From the NCBI GenBank assembly GCA_958295925.1, contig OY282384.1, positions 1,572 through 65,571 on the forward strand: a stretch of DNA of 64,000 bases, written 5' to 3'. Positions 17,224 through 26,921 of this stretch are shown one piece after another. Position 1 is the stretch's first letter. Every line of letters starts with the position of its first letter. The translations under genes and the position numbers were made by a program. Source of the DNA: an uncultured Acidimicrobiales bacterium. GTDB lineage: Bacteria; Actinomycetota; Acidimicrobiia; Acidimicrobiales; CATQHL01. The notes under the pieces are model-generated. The model made no database searches, was not told the origin of the DNA, and saw only the letters and a list, made by a program, of their open reading frames with translations.

Positions 17224-17652
17224 ATGACGGACTTCCTCACCCCGGAAGACCGCTCCCGGCTGATGTCCAAGATCAGAGGAAAGGACACCCGGCCAGAGAA
17301 AACCGTGCGCCAGCTCCTCTGGCACGCCGGATTCCGCTACCGGCTGAACGACAGGAAGCTGCCGGGAACCCCAGACCTGGCGCTAGCCCGATACCGCACC
17401 GCCGTCTTCGTCAACGGATGCTTCTGGCACCGCCACGACTGCCGGAAAGGCACGAAGCTCCCCAAGACAAACCGGCAGTACTGGCTGAAGAAATTCGCCG
17501 ACAACGCCGCGCGAGACGCCGCCAATCTCCGGATACTATCCCAGTACGGATGGACGACCACGGTGATCTGGGAATGCAGAATGGAAGAGGGGACGCAGCA
17601 CCTGCTGTTGGAGCTGTCCGAAAAGAGACGAAGGGAGAAGGACCGAACATGA
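17224..17652 (+). CDS. vsr: very short patch repair endonuclease
   Basis: RSRLMSKIRGKDTRPE..LPGTPDLALARYRTAVFVNGCFWHRHDC..TNRQYWLKKF..GWTTTVIWEC matches E. coli Vsr along its length. Confidence 0.93.
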   Translation: MTDFLTPEDRSRLMSKIRGKDTRPEKTVRQLLWHAGFRYRLNDRKLPGTPDLALARYRTAVFVNGCFWHRHDCRKGTKLPKTNRQYWLKKFADNAARDAANLRILSQYGWTTTVIWECRMEEGTQHLLLELSEKRRREKDRT

Positions 17653-19844
17653 CCACTGCGACACAACCAGAAATGCATGCTGCAGAGAGAAAGGACGTCG
17701 AGCTGCAGCTGCAGATACTGCCCAGAGCACTCACCGCCCTCGGGAAGGACTTGGTCACCGACGACATAGTCGCCATCACGGAACTGGTGAAGAACTCCTA
17801 CGACGCATTCGCTCAGGAAGTTCTCGTGAAGCTGCATATGGACGAGAACGGGGAACAAAGCCTGGAAATACGCGATGACGGTCTCGGGATGAACAGAAGG
17901 ACAATAGAAGACCAGTGGTGCAAGATCGGCACAGCCTACAAGAGAGAAAACCCCTGGGCAAGAAGGGCGGGAAAGACCCGCAGAGTATCAGGGAACAAAG
18001 GACTCGGCAGGCTTTCCATGGCCAGACTGGGCAACAGGATGACGATGGTGACCCAAGCTCTCGGAGAGAAATGCTGGGAGGTGGAAGCAAACTGGGCGAC
18101 GATCGCCGGGTCGGCAGACATGCCGACGAACGGAATCACTCTGCGAGAGGCGCGGGGTGGAAGCCCATTCGACACATCCGGCACCCGGATAACAATACAA
18201 GAACTGAGCAGCGAATGGAGCGAAGGGAAGCGGCAGGAACTGCGCGAGAACCTACGCCGGCTAATATCCCCCTTCGCAGAGGCGTCCGACTTCGGAATCA
18301 CGCTGGACCTCGCAGGAGAACAAGAAGAAGGAAAGCTGGAGGCCCAGACGTTCCTCCAAACACCCAAATACGCAATCCGCGGCGAGGCGGACAGCCAGGG
18401 AAACATAAGAGCGGAATATCGACGCCAACCGGAGGGATCAAGCGGAATCACAGCAGCGGCGAAGGTAACACTCTCCTGGAGCCAGGTATGGGAGGAGGAG
18501 ACCAAGAGGGAGCGCTGGCAGTTCGAACACGACAGGGAGACCGCAAAATGCGGAGGGTTCTCCTTCGAAATCCGCGCATGGGACATAGACACCGAGGGAA
18601 CGAAGGAGATAGCGGAGGAATACGGGCTGGCGCGAAGGGACATCCGAGAGGCCATAAGAGCCCACAAGGGCATATCCATATACAGAGACGGAGTGCTGGT
18701 ACTCCCGAAATCGGACAGAAACGCCGACTGGCTAGGCATGAACCTACGCCGGGTGAGCAATATCGGGAGAAGGCTGAGCACCAGCCAGATCGTAGGATGC
18801 ATCTCCATAACCGAAGACGGCAACCCAAGGATCCAGGACACGACGGACAGAGAACGCCTCTCCGCCAACAGGGAAACGGAAGAGTTCGAATCACTCGTGA
18901 AATACGTTCTTTACGAGGTTGAGAAGCGTCGGAACGAACAACGGGCGGAGAGAAGAGCGGCGGCGCCAGAGAGGACGATGACCCACCTCTTGGAGAACGT
19001 ATCCGCAAGCCGTCTGATCGAGGAGACGGAGGCGCTAGCGAGAGATGGAGAGAAAGCCGAAGCAGTAGTGCCCCTAGTCAGAGAGCTGGAGACAGCGCTA
19101 GCAGACAGCCGGGAGGAGATCGAAAGGAGATTGTCATACTACAGCCGGTTAGCAGCCATAGGCACGATAGCGGAAACGTTAGTCCACGAAATCAGGAACA
19201 GGACGACCGCCGTCGGACGATTCCTCAAAACCGCGGAGAAGCTACTCCAAGCACATCCCGACGACCGGGCGGAGCAGGAAAGAAAGCGGGCAGAGAAGTC
19301 GGTCCGGATCCTCGAGGACATGGCGGACCGGTTCGCACCGATGGCGAATCGGAAGTTCAAGCGCGGGACGAGACGCTCGATCCTGGAGGAGAGAATGGAG
19401 ACATGCCTAGACATGAGACAGGGAGAGTTGAAGGCCCACGGCATCACATGGTCCCGACCAGAAGGAAGGACGGAAGCGCGAGTAGACCCCGGTGAGTTGG
19501 ACATCATCTTGGACAACATGATCGCCAACGCAACGTACTGGCTACGGCACTGCGAAAATCCAACCCCACGAATGGAATTCTCCATCCAGGAGTGCGAAGA
19601 CCCAGAGAGAGCCGAATTATGGCTGCATGACAACGGCCCAGGCGTAGCGGAAGAAGACAAGAGGAGAATATTCCTAGCCGGGGTCTCCGGCAAGCCGGAC
19701 GGAATCGGCATGGGACTGACGACAGCCGCCGAGATAGTCGCCGCCTACGGCGGGAGCATGAGAGCTGAGTGCCCAGGCAAATTAGGCGGGGCATCCTTCA
19801 GATTAGACCTGCCACTAGGCAGGGAAGGAACAAAGAAAGAATGA
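17649..19844 (+). CDS. dual-GHKL protein: N-terminal MORC/HATPase_c_3-like ATPase fused to C-terminal histidine kinase
   Basis: ATGA overlap with vsr. N-terminal: ELVKNSYDA, RDDGLGM, GNKGLGRLS. C-terminal: H-box ETLVHEIRNRTTAV, N-box LDNMIANATYW, G1 DNGPGV, G2 GIGMGL. Confidence 0.85.
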   Translation: MTTATQPEMHAAERKDVELQLQILPRALTALGKDLVTDDIVAITELVKNSYDAFAQEVLVKLHMDENGEQSLEIRDDGLGMNRRTIEDQWCKIGTAYKRENPWARRAGKTRRVSGNKGLGRLSMARLGNRMTMVTQALGEKCWEVEANWATIAGSADMPTNGITLREARGGSPFDTSGTRITIQELSSEWSEGKRQELRENLRRLISPFAEASDFGITLDLAGEQEEGKLEAQTFLQTPKYAIRGEADSQGNIRAEYRRQPEGSSGITAAAKVTLSWSQVWEEETKRERWQFEHDRETAKCGGFSFEIRAWDIDTEGTKEIAEEYGLARRDIREAIRAHKGISIYRDGVLVLPKSDRNADWLGMNLRRVSNIGRRLSTSQIVGCISITEDGNPRIQDTTDRERLSANRETEEFESLVKYVLYEVEKRRNEQRAERRAAAPERTMTHLLENVSASRLIEETEALARDGEKAEAVVPLVRELETALADSREEIERRLSYYSRLAAIGTIAETLVHEIRNRTTAVGRFLKTAEKLLQAHPDDRAEQERKRAEKSVRILEDMADRFAPMANRKFKRGTRRSILEERMETCLDMRQGELKAHGITWSRPEGRTEARVDPGELDIILDNMIANATYWLRHCENPTPRMEFSIQECEDPERAELWLHDNGPGVAEEDKRRIFLAGVSGKPDGIGMGLTTAAEIVAAYGGSMRAECPGKLGGASFRLDLPLGREGTKKE

Positions 19845-20893
19845 GGATACTCTTCGTCGAGGACGAGCCGGAGAATATCGAGACGGTGCAAGAGCGCCTA
19901 CGCGAGGAAATGAGGGGAATTCAGATGAGGACCTGCGGGTTCAAAGAAGCGCAGGCGGAAATCAAGACCTTCGCTCCAAGCCTGGTAGTCCTCGACCTGA
20001 TCGGAGAGGAGGAAGAGCCAGAGGGCTTGGGAACACAGGAATACATCTGGGCATACCATTTCTGCCCGATCGTCATATACTCGGCCAAAGCCGAGATGGC
20101 ACGAAAGGAGCACCCCTTCATAAGGGAAGTCAAGAAGGGAACCGGGAGCGAAGAAAAGGTGCTGGCAGCAGTCAAAGGATTCAAGCCGCACATCGACGCG
20201 CTCGAGGAAACGAGACGACGCGTAAACAGAGAACTGACGGAATCCATGAAGGCGACAGCCCCATGGGCCTTCCAGAACCTCGAGGATGAAGAGGAGAAAA
20301 AGGACTACATAGCCAGAGCAGGAAGAAGGCGGCTGCCTGAGATGGCTGCCGAGGAAGAGGACGACAAACCCCAACCAGGATGGGAGCAATACATACACCC
20401 ACCGCGCCCGGGGGAACTGCTGACCGGAGACATAATACGCGAGACCGGCAGCGACGAGAATGCGGCAACCAGCTACCGAGTAATCTTGACGCCGTCATGC
20501 GACCTCAGCAAGCACGGAGGCGCCAAAGCAAAAACGGACAGGGTGCTGACAGCACGCTGCGTACCAACGAAACAAGCACTAAAGCGAGAAGGAACGAAAT
20601 TCAACGCAGGGGAGATCCGATCCCGCCTGAACCAAGGCTACTGGAGAACGACGCTCCCGCTCCCAAGCATGAAAGGGGCATTCCCGCCGATGGCAGTCGA
20701 CTTCCGGCAGATGGAAACGCTCCCCATAGAGGACCTAGAGGACGGGAAAGCTTTCGAAAGAATAGCCAGCCAATACAGCCCCTTCAGAGAGCTGGTATCA
20801 GAGGCGGCAGCCGCCTACGTCGGCAGAGCGGGACTGCCCGACAGGGATACGGGAGCATGGGCAAAGGAGATACTAGATGAACCAACCAAATAA
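19841..20893 (+). CDS. response-regulator receiver domain fused to an uncharacterised C-terminal domain
   Basis: ATGA overlap with the kinase gene; MRILFVEDEPEN..SLVVLDLIG..PIVIYSAK = CheY-like REC; about 220-aa C-terminus (VILTPSCDL..) with no motif I recognise. Confidence 0.8.
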   Translation: MRILFVEDEPENIETVQERLREEMRGIQMRTCGFKEAQAEIKTFAPSLVVLDLIGEEEEPEGLGTQEYIWAYHFCPIVIYSAKAEMARKEHPFIREVKKGTGSEEKVLAAVKGFKPHIDALEETRRRVNRELTESMKATAPWAFQNLEDEEEKKDYIARAGRRRLPEMAAEEEDDKPQPGWEQYIHPPRPGELLTGDIIRETGSDENAATSYRVILTPSCDLSKHGGAKAKTDRVLTARCVPTKQALKREGTKFNAGEIRSRLNQGYWRTTLPLPSMKGAFPPMAVDFRQMETLPIEDLEDGKAFERIASQYSPFRELVSEAAAAYVGRAGLPDRDTGAWAKEILDEPTK

Positions 20894-20924
20894 GAGCAAC
20901 TTCCCGCGTGAAGAAGGAGAAGAG

Positions 20925-22238
20925 ATGATCAGAGGCAGAGAGAGAGCAGAAATGCCCCAACCCCCCACCCAAGACCAAATCCAATTCCTCTGGGAGTACC
21001 TGAAGCACATCGAAGCCAAAGGCTGGTCCTACCGGGACCTGGACAGCTGGGAAGTCGACGATGACCCAGAGGTCCTCCTGGGCCAATACCTGGCCTACCG
21101 CCAGAGCGAAGCCCGCAACGCCGACCCGGCCCAGATACCCCAAGCCCCCGGCCTGCGGGTCCAGGACACCCATCTCATCCTGGACTTCCCCGACGGCTCC
21201 GTCTGCATCGAAAGGAAGGAAGGAACCGGCCCGCCCACCAACCCGGCAGTACCCAAGCCGCCGAGGACCGCGCCGGCGCCCCTAACCCAATGGTCCCAGC
21301 CCCGGCCCAATCCAATCAGCGGCATCGAAAAGGCCAAGCAAGTCTTCCACCAAACTCTCGACCGAATGCAGGACCTGCAGATCCTGGCCGGCCGCCCCGA
21401 CCCCCACGACCCCCTGGCCGAAAAGATGACGGTTGAGAGGGACAAGGCCAAACAGCAAGCGGCCGAACTCATCGCCAGCTGGGCCACCCACCACTGGGAG
21501 GAGACCGAACTGTCGGAAGAACAGCAGAAGGAATTCGTCCGCATCGACCTCTGCCGGGACTGCGGCCAGAAACGCAAGATAGTCCGCATGAGCATGCGGG
21601 AGAACCTGAAGCCTGACCAACGCCACGGGCTCATCAATACGAAGGGCGCCACGAAGAGCGCCACGAAGAACGCCGTAACCGACCCGGGGAGCGCCGACCA
21701 AGGCTGGCGGGAGTTTCACTGTCCCGGGCCCACCCCGGTGGAAGAGCGGAAAGAAGTGGAAACCGAAATCGTATTCGACGACCGGGAGCCGGCCGCCCGG
21801 GCCAACCTGGATGCGATGACCCGCAACCTCCTGCGCGGCACCCGGCAACTCCGAGAAGACCTGGACATAGACCTGGACCTAGACGCCGAGGCCGGCAGAC
21901 AGCACGAGCTGATGAGCAGACGCCACTGGAGCGTGCCGGAGCCTGAGAACACGCCGTCCAGCCAGGAACCCCGGCGACAACCGGTCCGAGTGGCCGTAAC
22001 CACCGGCGACGCCGCCGCGGACCAAGGGCCGAACCCGGAGACCAGCCAAGCGCTCCAAGCCCTGGCCGGAGTGCCCGGAGTGGAAGTGGTCACCGACCTC
22101 AGCAAGCTGGTGGAGCGGTTCAACGCCGACCGGAAGGCCCAAGGCCTGGAGCCAATAGAACCAGTGCGGCCCCTGCCCCGGAAGGACGACCAGGACAGCG
22201 ACACCACCGCGGAACCCAACGAACAGAACGGGAAATAA
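20925..22238 (+). CDS. hypothetical protein
   Basis: GAAGGAG 20913-20919, ATG 20925 (track start 20877 overlaps the previous gene); contains CRDCGQK..HCPGP. Confidence 0.55.
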   Translation: MIRGRERAEMPQPPTQDQIQFLWEYLKHIEAKGWSYRDLDSWEVDDDPEVLLGQYLAYRQSEARNADPAQIPQAPGLRVQDTHLILDFPDGSVCIERKEGTGPPTNPAVPKPPRTAPAPLTQWSQPRPNPISGIEKAKQVFHQTLDRMQDLQILAGRPDPHDPLAEKMTVERDKAKQQAAELIASWATHHWEETELSEEQQKEFVRIDLCRDCGQKRKIVRMSMRENLKPDQRHGLINTKGATKSATKNAVTDPGSADQGWREFHCPGPTPVEERKEVETEIVFDDREPAARANLDAMTRNLLRGTRQLREDLDIDLDLDAEAGRQHELMSRRHWSVPEPENTPSSQEPRRQPVRVAVTTGDAAADQGPNPETSQALQALAGVPGVEVVTDLSKLVERFNADRKAQGLEPIEPVRPLPRKDDQDSDTTAEPNEQNGK

Positions 22239-22241
22239 CCA

Positions 22242-22974
22242 ATGGACGCCTACCCGGCAACACCGCCCGCCCTGGAAACCTGGCTGCAGACCGAAGACAA
22301 CCCCGCCAACCAAGAAAAGACGCCGCCCCCGCCGCCAGCCGTCCGCCCCGGCGACCAACTCATGGCGGTCACCCTGACCATCCGCGGCCTGCAACCAGGA
22401 ATCAGCATCCCCCACTGGGCCGCCCAGCACCAGCCCCTGACCAGACAAATAACCTACCTGAACATGACCAACGCCGGCCGGCTGGCCCAGAACCACGTCA
22501 ACCTGACCCAGCCGATACGACCCGCAGCCCCACGAATACACCGCCCCCGGCGCAGCAGCCGGAGACCCCTGGCTGGAACGGCTGCACGCCAAAAGGCGCC
22601 CGCCGCCCCGGATCCTGGCGGTAACCCAGTACCAGCGCTACCGCCGGACCATGGACCACTTCATCGAACAACGCAGCAACCTCCGGCGGGAATTGATCAA
22701 GCGGATTGCCATAGATTACCAGACCACCGGCGTAGTCGGCGCCCTCACCCCGGAGCGCTGCCAGGGAATCCATGCCGAATACATCATCCAGCCAATACCG
22801 GAAGAACTCTACGAAGCCTGCATCAGGAAAGTACGCCGCCTGCCCCCGCCGGAAGAGCGACGGGAGAGGCAACTGACCGACCAGGCTCTGGAGGAGCACC
22901 CCCTCTCACGCAAGCTGGCAGAGATAACAGCGGAGACGCAGGAACATACCCAGGGCTTTTGGAAACCCGGCTGA
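22242..22974 (+). pseudogene. hypothetical gene with a frame discontinuity (frame of 22242 to frame of 22651)
   Basis: Frame of ATG 22242 looks coding to about 22505 then becomes Arg/Pro junk up to 23012. The +1 frame opens at 22507 with no canonical (ATG/GTG/TTG) start before ATG 22651 and reads YDPQPHEYTAPGAAAGDPWLERLHAKRR..MDHFIEQRSNL.. to TGA 22972-22974. Confidence 0.4.
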
Positions 22975-23032
22975 ACGGACCAGGACGACACGCACTCCTG
23001 CCAGACTCCTGAAGCGAAAGGAGAGAACCGAC

Positions 23033-23659
23033 ATGCCCACCCAGCCGACCGCCGCCTCCCGGCGCGGGACGCGGCAGCCCGACAAAACCGACCCCTTCGC
23101 CCTGAAGGCCAATCAGCAGCCCCTGCTGCCCATCCCCACCAACTCATATATGTCGGTCCAACTCTATCTCCAATCCCCCACCGTACCCCCCGACATCCAA
23201 GCCAAACTGTACCAGCCCCCCAAGCAGGCCGGCGACCTGATCGAAGAAACGCTGCGGCTGATCTACATGAACGCGCGAAGGCTGCTATCAGTGCACCTAA
23301 GGCTCACCGCCTTCTGGCTGCCCAGCGCCATCGAAGGCAGCCGCCAACCAGGACAGGAAGAATACCTGAACCAGGACTTCTACCGAGTGGAAAGCGGAGG
23401 CCAAGAACCGGCCGCCCCACCCCGGGTGTTGGCGGTGCGCACCCACGAGCACTACACTGAAAGACTACGAGAAGTAATCGAAGAACGCATCCTGATCCGC
23501 CAGGAACTATTGAAACTCTACGACCAGACCCCGGCGGAAAGACGCTGGCCCCACGCCGACCGCGCCGCGCTGGAGAGCATCGCCGCCTGGTTCCGGTTCG
23601 CGGCCATCGACGCGGAAGCCGAGGAGGCCCGGGCCAAGAAATTACAATGGATACACTAG
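23033..23659 (+). CDS. hypothetical protein
   Basis: GAAAGGAGAG SD; track ORF 208 aa. Confidence 0.6.
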   Translation: MPTQPTAASRRGTRQPDKTDPFALKANQQPLLPIPTNSYMSVQLYLQSPTVPPDIQAKLYQPPKQAGDLIEETLRLIYMNARRLLSVHLRLTAFWLPSAIEGSRQPGQEEYLNQDFYRVESGGQEPAAPPRVLAVRTHEHYTERLREVIEERILIRQELLKLYDQTPAERRWPHADRAALESIAAWFRFAAIDAEAEEARAKKLQWIH

Positions 23660-23699
23660 GAAGAAATGAGAGTGCCCCTGGCAGGATAAAAGCAGCAGG

Positions 23700-24848
23700 C
23701 TAGCCCCAGCCAAGCGTATCCCGCAGCCACCCGGCAGCCTCCCGGAGATAAGCCAACACGCCCCCGGCCCAGACCGACACCAGCACCAGCTGATAACCGG
23801 CCAGCTGCCGAGCCTGGAAGTTAATGAGTAAGTTGGAGGCCACGATAGCCGCGGCCCCGATGATCAGGTAATCCACCAATTCCACACCCACCCGGGACAG
23901 CAGGAAGAGCCAAGCCAAGCTGAGAACCGGAACCAAGTAAGCCAAGCCATTGATACCGAGATTGTCCGTGTCCAGATTGGCCTTCCGCCAAGTAATACCG
24001 GCCATCGCATAGGCCAACGCCCCGCCGAGGATAGTAATACCGAAGAGGTCGAAATCAGCCCTTTCCCCCTGGGTCAGACCAACAGCCAAGTTCAGCGGCA
24101 CCGCCACACAATTGGCCAGCAAAGTAGCGAAAATAACGCAGAACAAGTCGACCGAAGCCGGAGACCTACCGGCGACCAACCCGGCCGGCAGCGCCACCTT
24201 CAAGTCCAAGCCCCACCGGTACCCGAAGGCCGCCAGCGACCCCAGGACCACCGCCGCCAGCGCCAACGCCACGCCGAGGAGCGTCGCCCCAAGCGAAGCA
24301 GTGAAAGAAAGCAACTCACCAAACCCGCCGGACTGGCCCGCCACCACGAAGCCGAACCCGGCAAAGCCGAAGCCGAGCAACAGCAGGTCCCCCAGCGTGA
24401 AACGCCGGTAACGGCCACTGCCAATCAGCCGATGGAGGAAAAGAATCATCACCAGCGGCCACAGCTCCCAGAGCACCGCGGCTACTGACACGTCGATATA
24501 CCTGGTCGACCAGGAGAACACCGCCAGGTCCAAATAGCCCAGCAGCGCGAGGAACATGGTCCAACTACAAAGCCGCCCTAGCGCCAGCTTCCACAGGTCA
24601 ACCCGTTTCAGCAGCGACGAATAGCCCACGGCCAAGAAAGCGAAGTAGCCCACCGCCAAACCAAAACGCAGACCAGCCCCGGTAAGGAAAGGACGGTCCT
24701 GCCCACCAGCCAGCGACACCAGCAGCGGCAAGAGGGACATGCCCAAGACAGCCGCCAACATATAGCCGACCGCTGGGAGATTCCCAAAGGCACGAAGAGA
24801 AACGCCGGAAGCCGACAGCGAAGAAAGAGCACCCACGCAAGGTATCAT
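23700..24848 (-). CDS. DMT/EamA-like transporter (copy 2 of 3)
   Basis: Track ORF 23700..25253 trimmed to Met 136 (MIPCVGALSS..), because upstream codons overlap the divergent + gene and are not conserved in copy 1. Confidence 0.65.
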   Translation of the reverse strand: MIPCVGALSSLSASGVSLRAFGNLPAVGYMLAAVLGMSLLPLLVSLAGGQDRPFLTGAGLRFGLAVGYFAFLAVGYSSLLKRVDLWKLALGRLCSWTMFLALLGYLDLAVFSWSTRYIDVSVAAVLWELWPLVMILFLHRLIGSGRYRRFTLGDLLLLGFGFAGFGFVVAGQSGGFGELLSFTASLGATLLGVALALAAVVLGSLAAFGYRWGLDLKVALPAGLVAGRSPASVDLFCVIFATLLANCVAVPLNLAVGLTQGERADFDLFGITILGGALAYAMAGITWRKANLDTDNLGINGLAYLVPVLSLAWLFLLSRVGVELVDYLIIGAAAIVASNLLINFQARQLAGYQLVLVSVWAGGVLAYLREAAGWLRDTLGWG

Positions 24849-24927
24849 AACAGCAGGCCAATCCCTAACCCCGCCAGCGGCGCTACGACAAGACAACCAC
24901 CAGACCGACAAAGGAGAACCAAACAAC

Positions 24928-25455
24928 ATGCGCGACCCCAAGCCCAAGATGGCCCAGCCCCTGCCCCACACCGGCCCCCACCCCGGGGCGGACGGCAGAG
25001 TAAGAATGTTTAGACCGGAGCCCACACCACCGCCTAGCCAATTAAATACTAAACCCATCCAGCACCTGCCCAACGACTTTCGCAAGCCCCAGGCCGCAGT
25101 GGCCGACCAGGCCCAGGCCGTACTGGCCAAGCTGCCCGGCCCCAACCTGGCCCGGGAATACGACTTCAACTGGTTCTTAACCCAGTACTTCAATAATTGG
25201 TCCCCGGAGCTCCCCCAGCCCCGCCTGGGTTGCACCCCGAGCGACGAAATCATCGCGGAATGGCAGACCCAGGATTATATTTGGGAACTGATCGTCCAAC
25301 CCGGCGACCACAGCACGGAAATGTACCGGCTGGAGGACGCCGACACCCCGGAGCAACGCAGCCGTCCCCACCGGATCGAACCCGACCTGGAAACCGCCCA
25401 GGGTTGGCGGGAAGTGCTAGACTTTCTGGGACTGAGCGACACCAGAGACGAATGA
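24928..25455 (+). CDS. hypothetical protein, family D
   Basis: AAAGGAG SD; C-terminal module NWSPELPQPRL..EIIAEWQT..WELIV..GWREVLDFLGL shared with 25961, 32102 and 35450 genes. Confidence 0.65.
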   Translation: MRDPKPKMAQPLPHTGPHPGADGRVRMFRPEPTPPPSQLNTKPIQHLPNDFRKPQAAVADQAQAVLAKLPGPNLAREYDFNWFLTQYFNNWSPELPQPRLGCTPSDEIIAEWQTQDYIWELIVQPGDHSTEMYRLEDADTPEQRSRPHRIEPDLETAQGWREVLDFLGLSDTRDE

Positions 25456-25519
25456 CACAGCGCCCCCAGGCAAGTTAAAGCACGCTACTCCTACGAGAGC
25501 GAGAAGGAGCTTCACCCCC

Positions 25520-25918
25520 ATGAACCAGAACACAATTTTCTTCAGGCCCCTGAACCAGAAAGCCTTCCAGGACGGCAAAATCAAGCCGGAATTGGTGACC
25601 GCCCAGGCCTTCCTGCCCCGGCAGCAGGACCACCCCTGGCATACGCCGGTCTACGACGGCGACCGCATCACCCCCGGCGACCTGGTGGAACTGTTCCGCA
25701 GCTTCAGCCCCGGCAAGACCCAGGGCGTGGCCTGGCTGAGCCTGGCCCAATGCCGGGAGCTGGGCTGCAAAGTCGAAACTTCTCCCTATTCCGAAACACG
25801 CCAGCGCTGTGACCTGTATTTCCCTTCGCCAGCCACCTGGGAGAGAATAGAAGAGTTGGCCCAGCGGCTCACCGACCAAGCCGTAGAGAACGGAGTAATC
25901 ATCTACCCGCTGCCCTAA
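25520..25918 (+). CDS. hypothetical protein
   Basis: GAGAAGGAG SD; track ORF 132 aa. Confidence 0.6.
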   Translation: MNQNTIFFRPLNQKAFQDGKIKPELVTAQAFLPRQQDHPWHTPVYDGDRITPGDLVELFRSFSPGKTQGVAWLSLAQCRELGCKVETSPYSETRQRCDLYFPSPATWERIEELAQRLTDQAVENGVIIYPLP

Positions 25919-25960
25919 CGCCATACTGCGCCGCAGGGAAAGGAGAAGGCGCCGCCTGAC

Positions 25961-26467
25961 ATGACGCCATCGACTGCACCAGCCGAGACCCCGGCCGAGA
26001 CCCCGGCCATGACCCCCGACAACAAGGCCCACCCCCAGCACCGGAACACCCCGGCCTGCCTGCTCTTCGATGAGAACAAGTTCACCCTGGAAGAGGAAGT
26101 AGAGTTCCTCAAGGACACCAGCGTCGTCGACCTCCGCCAGGCCACCACATCCGAGCACCTGGACTGGCTGCTGGCCCAGTCCAAGAAGTACTGGCCGGAC
26201 GACCACCCCCGGCCCAACGTCGACTGCCTGACCACCGGCGACATCCGCCTCACCTGGTGCAGCCATCACGGCTGCGATTACTACCTCATCGTCTGCCCCC
26301 ACCGAGGCGACGGGACAGTCTATCGTTTCCACCAGGACGCGAACGTCGCCGGAATGGAACTGTCCCAGCCGCGGCAGAGGCTGCCGGACTTAAATCAGCG
26401 CAGCAGCTGGGCCGCCCTGGCCAAGTATATGAGGGCGCCGCTACCGCCTGAGGAACAGCGCGATTAA
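25961..26467 (+). CDS. hypothetical protein, family D
   Basis: YWPDDHPRPNV..DIRLTW..YYLIV..SWAALAKYMRA; N-terminus carries the AETP/AETP/AMTP tandem repeat (25982-26017). Confidence 0.6.
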   Translation: MTPSTAPAETPAETPAMTPDNKAHPQHRNTPACLLFDENKFTLEEEVEFLKDTSVVDLRQATTSEHLDWLLAQSKKYWPDDHPRPNVDCLTTGDIRLTWCSHHGCDYYLIVCPHRGDGTVYRFHQDANVAGMELSQPRQRLPDLNQRSSWAALAKYMRAPLPPEEQRD

Positions 26468-26489
26468 AACCGTCACCCACAGAGGGAAG

Positions 26490-26921
26490 ATGTTTATTAC
26501 ATACACAGTCGATACCGACTACACGAAACCATTCCAAACAACGGTATGGTGCCACCCAGGGAACAAGAAACCCGAGGGCGGACACACCATCATTTACTGC
26601 GCGCACCACCCAGGCGGACCACCCTCAATGCTATATGATGTAGCCGGCATCACAGGAACCAACCCAAGAGTAACTAAGGGTGAGGAAACAGAGCTACGCG
26701 CCCACGGGATAGGAACAATAAGGATAAATTACAAGCGAAGCGAGACTGCTCTACGGTCACCCATCACCTCAATGCACGTATTCAGACAGTTCTCGAGAAC
26801 CAAGAGATGGTGGATAAAACCTTGCAAACAAACACCGCCATGCGGCCTGCAAGAAATAGTCACCCAAATAATCGACTACCAACACAGGGAGCCGGAAAGA
26901 CGCGGCCAGCGACCACAATGA
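26490..26921 (+). CDS. hypothetical protein (lower-GC gene)
   Basis: Track ORF 143 aa; visibly more AT-rich than its neighbours. Confidence 0.5.
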   Translation: MFITYTVDTDYTKPFQTTVWCHPGNKKPEGGHTIIYCAHHPGGPPSMLYDVAGITGTNPRVTKGEETELRAHGIGTIRINYKRSETALRSPITSMHVFRQFSRTKRWWIKPCKQTPPCGLQEIVTQIIDYQHREPERRGQRPQ

